Shown one piece after another: positions 8,420-15,614 of a stretch of DNA of 64,000 nt. Numbering within the stretch: the first letter of the stretch is position 1; the number at the start of each line of letters is the position of its first letter. A program made the position numbers and the translations under genes. The notes beneath the pieces were generated by a model that made no database searches, had not been told where the DNA came from, and saw nothing but the letters and a program-made list of their open reading frames with translations. This DNA is from an uncultured Spirochaetota bacterium (GTDB taxonomy: Bacteria; Spirochaetota; Spirochaetia; SZUA-6; Fen-1364): the NCBI GenBank assembly GCA_963734545.1, contig CAVTHO010000004.1:224001-288000 (forward strand), in the 5' to 3' direction.

Positions 8420-10345
8420 GTGCACGAATTGACCGAACCAAGCAGGGCAAGCTTCGACAGGGTCCTGGAACAAAAACCCACCCACGAATTGTGGTCGTCC
8501 CACAATGAAGAGTTCTGGTCCAAGGACCCCTACTATCATCTCCGCCTGGGAGAGAAAGCAGACACGAGCGGCCAGTCAATGCTCGCCCACGACATCTTCA
8601 AGGACGGCCTGCGATTGTTCCCCGGCCATCCGCGCCTGACCCAGCTCTACTGCCGTACCCTCATCAATTGCGGGTTCCTTCTCACCGCGCGGGACCTGCT
8701 CACCGACATGGTGAAACGCGGACACTTCGACGAAGAGACGCTGGGCATTCTCGGCCGGGTCTACAAGGAGATGTGGTTGATCGAGGGCAGCGGCGCTCCC
8801 GATCACCCGCATCTTGTGAAGTCCCGCGAGGTGTACCTGGGGGCGTTCAACCGCAGCAAGGGCGTCTGGACAGGCATCAACGCGGCAAGCCTCAGCCTGA
8901 TCATGGGAGACAGCGCACAGGCGGAACGGCTGGCGCGGAAGGTGATCCGGCTCTGCGCGGCGGCCTGGAGAAAGCCTCCCTACGGAGACTATTGGACCGT
9001 GGCCACGGTGGCGGAGGCGTTTCTCCTGCTGGGCCGACAGGAACAGGCGGCAAGGTACTACCGCATTGCGCGGACGCGAAGCGGGCAGGATTATTCGAAG
9101 CTGGCAAGCACGCGCCGCCAGCTCAACCTGCTCGCCCGTTACACGGCAATCGATCCGAAGGTCATGGAGACTCTCCGCATTCCACCCGTGGTGGCATTTT
9201 CAGGCCACATGCTCGACCAGCCGGGTCAAAGACGCCCGCGTTTTCCGGAGAAGGCCTCGGAGCCCGTGAGGCGGAGCATCGCGGAGATACTGGAGCGGTT
9301 CGACGTGCGGATAGGCTATGCCTCGGCGGCCTGCGGGGCGGATGTCCTGTTTCATGAATGCCTCCAGGACCGCGGTGGAGAGAGCAACGTGGTGCTCCCG
9401 TTCGCGCGCGAGGACTTCATGGAAACGAGCGTGCGCTTCGCGGGCCCCGCGTGGGTCAGGAGAGCGGAGGGCATCCTCGCGGGAAGCTCAGTGGTGGAGC
9501 AGGCCACCCGGGGCGGATACGGAGGAGAAGATCAGCTTTTCTCCTACGCCAATCGGCTCATCATGGGCAAGGCGATTCTCCGCAGCCGTTTCCTGGAGAC
9601 GGAACCGCTCCTTCTTGCCGTGTGGGACGGAGCTCACGGCGGAAAACCCGGAGGAACCGGGGAAAGCGTCGAGACATGGAGGGCAAGCGGCTTTCCCTAT
9701 GTCGTGATCAAGCCCGCAACGGCGTCAGTGGAGGAGCACGCGGGCAGCCGGCGCAGGATGAGCAGGCCGAGGGCTCGAAGTGAAAGCGCGGCACACGCCG
9801 GTCGGCAGACGGTTGCCATCCTCTTTGCCGACATTGTCGGGTACAGCCGGCTCCGGGAGGAGCAGATCCCCCACTACGTGCAGGGCTTCCTCGGCGGATT
9901 GGCCCGGATAGTTCAACGCGCCGGGCATGAGCCGCTCTACAAGAACTCCTGGGGGGATGCGATCTGCTTCATGTTCGCGGATCCCCTCGAGGCGGCGGCC
10001 TGCGCCCTGGCAATGCGCGACATGGTCCGGCACACCGACTGGGCCAGCCTCGAGCTGCCGAAGGACCTCAACATCCGCATAGGCCTGCACGCCGGCCCCG
10101 TGTACGGCTTCCACGAGCCGCTGCTGGAAAGGCGGAATTTCTTCGGCTCCCACGTCAATCAGGCCGCCCGCATCGAGCCGATCACCAGTCCGGGCAACGT
10201 CTACTCGAGCGAATCCTTCGCTGCCCTGCTGCTGGCGGACGGGAGGAACCGGTTCGACTGCCGCTACGTCGGGGTCATTGTTCTGCCGAAAGAATTCGGA
10301 AGCTATCCGATATATCATGTGAAGCGAATGACGGAAGTGGGATGA
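8420..10345 (+). CDS. TPR (TPR-S/MAP3K TRAF-binding-like) + SLOG-like + class III nucleotidyl cyclase
   Basis: ETLGILGRVYK, WTGINAASL, DYWTVATVAEA (TPR); AFSGHMLD...SAACGADVLF...AVWDG...GGT (SLOG-like Rossmannoid); LFADIVGYS, NSWGDA, RIGLHAGPV, FFGSHVNQAARIEP (cyclase). Confidence 0.88.
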   Translation: MHELTEPSRASFDRVLEQKPTHELWSSHNEEFWSKDPYYHLRLGEKADTSGQSMLAHDIFKDGLRLFPGHPRLTQLYCRTLINCGFLLTARDLLTDMVKRGHFDEETLGILGRVYKEMWLIEGSGAPDHPHLVKSREVYLGAFNRSKGVWTGINAASLSLIMGDSAQAERLARKVIRLCAAAWRKPPYGDYWTVATVAEAFLLLGRQEQAARYYRIARTRSGQDYSKLASTRRQLNLLARYTAIDPKVMETLRIPPVVAFSGHMLDQPGQRRPRFPEKASEPVRRSIAEILERFDVRIGYASAACGADVLFHECLQDRGGESNVVLPFAREDFMETSVRFAGPAWVRRAEGILAGSSVVEQATRGGYGGEDQLFSYANRLIMGKAILRSRFLETEPLLLAVWDGAHGGKPGGTGESVETWRASGFPYVVIKPATASVEEHAGSRRRMSRPRARSESAAHAGRQTVAILFADIVGYSRLREEQIPHYVQGFLGGLARIVQRAGHEPLYKNSWGDAICFMFADPLEAAACALAMRDMVRHTDWASLELPKDLNIRIGLHAGPVYGFHEPLLERRNFFGSHVNQAARIEPITSPGNVYSSESFAALLLADGRNRFDCRYVGVIVLPKEFGSYPIYHVKRMTEVG

Positions 10346-11307
10346 GGGGTATGGCAGCAAAGAAGAAGAAAAAGAGGCCCGCATCGCGGAAAAAGACCGG
10401 CCGCAAGCGCCTGGCAAAGCGCGTCGCAAAGCGCGTCGTCAAGCGCGCGAAGAAGCGGACAACCCGCCGCGCCCCCAAGCGCGCGCCAAAGCGGAAGAAG
10501 AAGCGGCCTGTCCGGCGCAAGACCGGCTCGGCAAAGCGCAAGGTCGGCCGCAAGGTCCGGCGGAAAGTCGGCCGCAAGGCCAAACGAAAGACAGCCCGCA
10601 AGAAAACACGCAAACCGGCACGCAAGACGGCCCGCAAGCGGCCCAAGACCGCCGCGCGCAGGAAGAAGAAGCCTGCCCGGCGCAGGACTTCCGCCAGGTC
10701 GCGGCCCGCCCGAAAAAAGGCACGGGCCGCGAAGCGCAAGCCGGCGCGCAGAAAGACCGCTGTCCGGAAGAGCAGGAAGCCGGCGCGCCGGTTTCCCAAG
10801 GCGCCCGCGGCCGCGGCCCGCAAACGGACGCCGGGGTTCTCCCTGCGCAAGCTGGCTGCCCGGCTGAGCCCCGGCATCAAGCCTCCGATCGAGGCCTACA
10901 GCGGCAACAAGCCGTACATCTTTGCCAGCTATTCTCACAAGAACATCAAAGAGGTGTTCTGGTGCATCAAGAAGCTGGCGGAGAGCCGCTACAGGATCTG
11001 GTACGACGAAGGGATCGAGCCGGGCAATGAGTGGCCCGAAGAGGTGGGCCGGGCGCTCACGGGGTGCCAGCTCTTCCTGGTATTCATGAGCCCGGCGGCC
11101 ATGGATTCCCGGAACGTGCGTAACGAGATCAACTTCGCCTCCAGCGCGAACAAGAGCATGATGGTGGTCATGCTGCAGCCTGCCGGCCTGTCAGAGGGGA
11201 TGCAGCTTCAGATCGGGACTGTTCAGTTCGTCAGCAAGCACGAGATGACGGACGCCGAGTTCCTGGAGAAGATGAAGAAGGTGCTGGACCCCTCGCTCCG
11301 CGTCTGA
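10342..11307 (+). CDS. TIR domain protein with N-terminal histone H1-like Lys/Arg-rich tail
   Basis: About 175 aa of mostly K/R/A/P/T with no D/E, then YIFASYSH...IWYDEGI.PG.EW...FLVFMS...SRNVRNEINFA; starts at 10342 (ATGA overlap with the cyclase stop) or 10351. Confidence 0.88.
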   Translation: MRGMAAKKKKKRPASRKKTGRKRLAKRVAKRVVKRAKKRTTRRAPKRAPKRKKKRPVRRKTGSAKRKVGRKVRRKVGRKAKRKTARKKTRKPARKTARKRPKTAARRKKKPARRRTSARSRPARKKARAAKRKPARRKTAVRKSRKPARRFPKAPAAAARKRTPGFSLRKLAARLSPGIKPPIEAYSGNKPYIFASYSHKNIKEVFWCIKKLAESRYRIWYDEGIEPGNEWPEEVGRALTGCQLFLVFMSPAAMDSRNVRNEINFASSANKSMMVVMLQPAGLSEGMQLQIGTVQFVSKHEMTDAEFLEKMKKVLDPSLRV

Positions 11308-11321
11308 GGAGGGGCCCGGTT

Positions 11322-12398
11322 TCAGTCGAGACGGACCGCGCGGCCCGTCGCGGCGGATTCGACCGCCGCAAAGCAGATCCTCAGGCTGTTCACGGCATCC
11401 GCAATGTGCGCCGAGAGGTCGATGTCCTCGGTAATGGCGCGGTAGAGATATTCCTGCTCGCGGCGGCACAGCTCGTTGTGGTCCGGCTCGTCGGTGATGC
11501 GTATGATCTCGTCCTTCTTCGCCTGCAGGCCGTTCGCGTCCGGCGTGCTCGCGTGCACGATGATCGAGTCCACCGTGGTGTGCTGGGACACGTCGGCGGG
11601 ATCCACCCGGCGCGCGTCCTTGTCGATGCTCACGCAACCTTTCGGCCCGATCACGTCCTTCACGAAGAAGGCCGTCTTGCTCATCATGGGGCCCCAGCCC
11701 ACCTCGTACCAACCGACGGACTTGTCCTCGAACACGACCTGCAGCGCGCCGTAGTTGCTCGCATCCGGGGCGATCTCCTCGGAGACCCGGGCCGCGATTC
11801 CCTGGACAAGGACGGGCCGGGCCCGCGTCATCTGGCACATCACGTCCACGTAGTGCACGCCGCAGTCCACGATGGGCGGAACCTGCGCGATGAATGACTT
11901 GTGCACCTCCCACTCGCGGCCCCAGCTCTGCTGGTTGAGGTTCATGCGCATGATCAAGGGCTTGCCGAGGGTCCGGGCAAGCTCGATGAATTTCGTCCAT
12001 GCGGGGTGCACGCGCAGGATGTAGCCGATCAGCAGCTTGCGGCTCGTCTCCCGTGCGACACGGGCCACCTCCTCCGCTTCGGCAACCGTGTGCGCAATTG
12101 GTTTCTCCATGAACACGTGGCAGCCGCGCTTCATGGCGCTGATCGCATAGGGGGCGTGAGTATCGGCGAGCGTGTTGATCGACACCACGTCCGGCTTCAG
12201 CTCCGCCATGGCCTTCTCGAAATCCGTGTAGATCGGAATGTCGAGCGCGAGGTCAGCGGCGAGTCTTGCCGCGCGGTCCACGTTCCTTGCCACGACGAAC
12301 CCGGCCACCTTGAAGCCGGGCAGCCTCGCGTACCCCCGGGCGTGAGACGCGCCCATGCCGCCCACTCCGACGACCAGCACTTTCACAGGAGAACGCAA
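11322..12398 (-). CDS. Gfo/Idh/MocA family oxidoreductase
   Basis: VGVGGMG Rossmann motif, HVFMEKP, VDCGVHYVD. Confidence 0.92.
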   Translation of the reverse strand: MRSPVKVLVVGVGGMGASHARGYARLPGFKVAGFVVARNVDRAARLAADLALDIPIYTDFEKAMAELKPDVVSINTLADTHAPYAISAMKRGCHVFMEKPIAHTVAEAEEVARVARETSRKLLIGYILRVHPAWTKFIELARTLGKPLIMRMNLNQQSWGREWEVHKSFIAQVPPIVDCGVHYVDVMCQMTRARPVLVQGIAARVSEEIAPDASNYGALQVVFEDKSVGWYEVGWGPMMSKTAFFVKDVIGPKGCVSIDKDARRVDPADVSQHTTVDSIIVHASTPDANGLQAKKDEIIRITDEPDHNELCRREQEYLYRAITEDIDLSAHIADAVNSLRICFAAVESAATGRAVRLD

Positions 12399-12515
12399 TG
12401 GGCACCTCCCGACGCCTTCAATGTTGACACCACCGGACGGCGACCCTATATTTATACACGATCAAGAGCCGAATGTGGGTTTCCGGTCAAAGATCGATTC
12501 GACAAGGAGGTGTCT

Positions 12516-13769
12516 ATGAAAAGAGGTTTGATACTCGCGCTTGCCATGGTCCTCGTGGTATGCGCGCTGCCTGTCTTTGCTCAGAAAGTCACTCTCACCA
12601 TCGAGAGCTGGCGGAATGACGATCTGTCCATCTGGACGGACCAGATCATCCCCGTTTTCGAAAAGCAGAACCCGGACATTCACGTGGTGTTCGCCCCGAC
12701 GGCGCCCGCAGAGTACAACGGGGTGCTCAACACGAAGCTCCAGGGTGGAACGGCGGGAGAGCTCATCACCGCACGGCCGTTCGATGCCTCGCTCCTGCTT
12801 TTCCAGAAGCACTACCTGGCTGATCTGACGGATCTCCCCGGCATGTCGAATTTCAGCTCGGTGGCCAAGAGCGCCTGGATCACCGACGACGGAAAGAGCG
12901 TTTTCGCGGTCCCCATGGCCTCCGTCATCCATGGTTTCTTCTACAACAAGGACATATTCGACCAGCTGAAGCTGAAGGTCCCGGTCACGAAAGCCGAGTT
13001 CATGGCGGTTCTGCAGGCAATCAAGAAAGACGGGAGGTACATCCCGCTCGCCATGGGCACCTCCGACATGTGGGAGGCCGCGACCATGGGCTTCCAGAAC
13101 ATCGGTCCGAACAACTGGAAGGGTGAGGACGGCCGCACGGCGCTCCTCAAGGGCAAGGCGAAGTTCACCGATCCTGCCATGATCAAGACGTGGACGGAGC
13201 TCGCCTCCTGGGCGCCCTACATGCCCTCGGGATTCCAGGCGGTGAAATACCCGGACTCCCAGCAGCTCTTCACACTGGGCAAGGCGGCCATCTATCCGAC
13301 CGGCTCGTGGGAGATCTCGCAGTTCGAGAAAGACGCGAGCTTCAACCTCGGCATCTTCAAGCCGCCGGTGGAGAAGCGGGGTGACACCGTGTACATCTCC
13401 GACCACACGGACATCGCCATGGGAATGAACGCGAACGCCAAGAATCCCGCGGAGGCCCGGAAGTTCCTCCAGTGGATGACCACGCCCGAGTTCGCGGCCC
13501 TCTACTCGAACGCGCTGCCCGGTTTCTTCACGCTCTCCAACGCCAAGATCACCCTGAAGGACCCGCTGGCGAACGAGTTCCTTTCCTGGCGCGGGACGAG
13601 CAAGTCGACCATCCGCAACTCCTACCAGATCCTCTCCCGCGGAACCCCCAACCTCGAGAACGAGCTGTGGCGGGTGAGCGCGGCCGTCATCAATGGAACG
13701 ATGACCCCGGCGCAGGCCGGCAAGGAGATTCAGGACGGACTGAACAAGTGGTATAAGCCTTCAATGTAG
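12516..13769 (+). CDS. Sugar ABC transporter substrate-binding protein
   Basis: AAGGAGG RBS, signal peptide MKRGLILALAMVLVVCALPVFA, FFYNKDIF motif; followed by two permeases. Confidence 0.92.
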   Translation: MKRGLILALAMVLVVCALPVFAQKVTLTIESWRNDDLSIWTDQIIPVFEKQNPDIHVVFAPTAPAEYNGVLNTKLQGGTAGELITARPFDASLLLFQKHYLADLTDLPGMSNFSSVAKSAWITDDGKSVFAVPMASVIHGFFYNKDIFDQLKLKVPVTKAEFMAVLQAIKKDGRYIPLAMGTSDMWEAATMGFQNIGPNNWKGEDGRTALLKGKAKFTDPAMIKTWTELASWAPYMPSGFQAVKYPDSQQLFTLGKAAIYPTGSWEISQFEKDASFNLGIFKPPVEKRGDTVYISDHTDIAMGMNANAKNPAEARKFLQWMTTPEFAALYSNALPGFFTLSNAKITLKDPLANEFLSWRGTSKSTIRNSYQILSRGTPNLENELWRVSAAVINGTMTPAQAGKEIQDGLNKWYKPSM

Positions 13770-13794
13770 GCAAGCTCTCTTCTCTTGTGAGTCT

Positions 13795-13824
13795 TCCCGG
13801 CGGCCGGCGCCGCCGGGATATTTT
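13795..13824 (+). terminator. Stem-loop after the SBP gene (terminator or mRNA-stabilising hairpin)
   Basis: TCCCGGCGG...CCGCCGGGA followed by TATTTT. Confidence 0.55.
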
Positions 13825-13854
13825 CCCGTTCGCGACTGGACGTGAGGAACACCG

Positions 13855-14778
13855 ATGTTGGATGTGACGCACGCAAAGCGTTTCCCCGTCTACCTGATCG
13901 TCTTCCTCGGTCCCGCGGTCGCCGTGTACACCCTGTTCATGATCTACCCCCTGCTGGATTCGCTGCGCCTGAGCTTCTTCGCCACCACGCAGGACAATCG
14001 AGAAGTATTCAATGGCCTGGGCAACTTCCGCACGCTCTTCGGTGACAGCAACTGGGCGCCCCGCTTCTGGGGCGCGCTGAAGAACAATCTTGTCTTCTTC
14101 TGCGTCCACATGCTCGTGCAGAACCCGGTGGGGCTTCTCATTGCCGCGCTGCTGGTGGGAAGCATCCGGGGCCGCGTGTTCTACCGGACGGTGCTCTTCA
14201 TGCCGACCGTTCTTTCGGTCGTCATCATCGGCTTCATCTGGCAGCTCATCCTGAGCCCCCTGTGGGGTGTCACGCCCAGCATCCTGAAGGCCGTCGGCCT
14301 GGGAAGCCTGTTTCAACCCTGGCTGGGCCTCTCGCGGTACGCCCTGGTTACCGTGGCCCTCATCTCCGTCTGGCAGTTCGTCGGTATACCGATGATCCTC
14401 TTCTACACTGCCCTGATCGGCATCCCTGACGAGCTCCTGGAGGCGGCCCGGGTGGACGGCGCCACCAGGCTCCAGATCTTCTGGCGGATCAAGTTCCCTT
14501 TGCTTCTTCCCATGGTGGGAATCGTCGGCGTGCTCACCTTCGTCGGGAACTTCAACGCGTTCGATCTGATCTATACCATGAAAGGAGCCCTCGCCGGTCC
14601 GGACTTCTCCACCGACATCATGGGCACGCTCTTCTACCGCACGTTTTTCGGCCAGCAGCTCCAGTTGGGCAACCCGACAATGGGAGCGACGGTTGCCACG
14701 ATGATGTTCCTCATCATTGCCGTCGGGGTGTCACTCTACACGCTGTGGCGCCGGCGCGTGCAGACCTACCAGCTATGA
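13855..14778 (+). CDS. Sugar ABC transporter permease
   Basis: Multiple TM segments, EAARVDGA motif. Confidence 0.93.
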   Translation: MLDVTHAKRFPVYLIVFLGPAVAVYTLFMIYPLLDSLRLSFFATTQDNREVFNGLGNFRTLFGDSNWAPRFWGALKNNLVFFCVHMLVQNPVGLLIAALLVGSIRGRVFYRTVLFMPTVLSVVIIGFIWQLILSPLWGVTPSILKAVGLGSLFQPWLGLSRYALVTVALISVWQFVGIPMILFYTALIGIPDELLEAARVDGATRLQIFWRIKFPLLLPMVGIVGVLTFVGNFNAFDLIYTMKGALAGPDFSTDIMGTLFYRTFFGQQLQLGNPTMGATVATMMFLIIAVGVSLYTLWRRRVQTYQL

Positions 14779-15590
14779 AAAAAGCCGTCCCGCACATCAT
14801 TCTGATCCTGTTCACGATCATGGCGTTCTTCCCCATCTACATGATACTCAGCAATTCCTTCAAGCTGAAGAAGTTCATCTTCGGGGACCCGTTCGGGATT
14901 CCCATCGGGAAGGCGTTCAGCCTCATCGGCTATCAGACAGTCCTGGCCAGGTCCCACGTGATGCTCAACTTCGCAAACAGCCTGGTGGTGACCCTCGCCT
15001 CGCTCTTCCTGATCCTCTTCATCGGGTCAATGGCCGCCTATGCGCTCTCGGAATACAGGTTCAAAGGCTCGGGATTCCTCGGCTTCTACCTCGCCATCGG
15101 GATCATGATTCCCATCAGGCTGGGCTCGGTGAGCCTGCTGAAGCTGATGGCGGGTCTCGGGCTCGTCAACACGCTGGTCGGGCTGGTCCTGATCTACATC
15201 GCGCAGGGGCTTCCGCTCACCATTTTCATCCTGTCGAGCTTCATGCGGCAGGTCCCGGACGAGCTCAAGCAGGCGGCGCGGATCGACGGCGCGACGGAAT
15301 ACAGGATATACGCGTTCGTGGTCCCCCTGGTGCGGCCCGCCCTCGGATCCATCGGGATCTTCACGATGATCCCGATCTGGAACGATCTGTGGTTCCCCTT
15401 GATCATCGCCCCGAGCGCGCGAACAGCCACGATCACGCTCGGCGTGCAGCAGTTTCTCGGCCAGTTCGTGAGCGACTGGAACGCGGTCCTGTCTTCCCTC
15501 ACCATGGCCATGGTCCCCATTCTCCTGATCTACCTGGTGTTCTCGAAACAGCTCATCAAGAGCATCACCTCGGGCGCGCTCAAATCATGA
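14775..15590 (+). CDS. Sugar ABC transporter permease
   Basis: QAARIDGA motif, WNDLWFPL; ATGA overlap with the previous gene. Confidence 0.93.
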   Translation: MKKAVPHIILILFTIMAFFPIYMILSNSFKLKKFIFGDPFGIPIGKAFSLIGYQTVLARSHVMLNFANSLVVTLASLFLILFIGSMAAYALSEYRFKGSGFLGFYLAIGIMIPIRLGSVSLLKLMAGLGLVNTLVGLVLIYIAQGLPLTIFILSSFMRQVPDELKQAARIDGATEYRIYAFVVPLVRPALGSIGIFTMIPIWNDLWFPLIIAPSARTATITLGVQQFLGQFVSDWNAVLSSLTMAMVPILLIYLVFSKQLIKSITSGALKS

Positions 15591-15614
15591 CCCGGGCGGC
15601 GATGCGGCTGTCGC

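Noticed and set aside
10275-10938. Arg/Phe/Leu-rich minus-strand ORFs
   Set aside because: Antisense shadows of the Lys/Arg-rich TIR tail; the + frame continues into a recognisable TIR domain
8420-11307. Calling the locus canonical Pycsar, CBASS or Thoeris
   Set aside because: No cNMP-binding domain, CD-NTase, SIR2 or Macro effector is visible; only partial analogies hold
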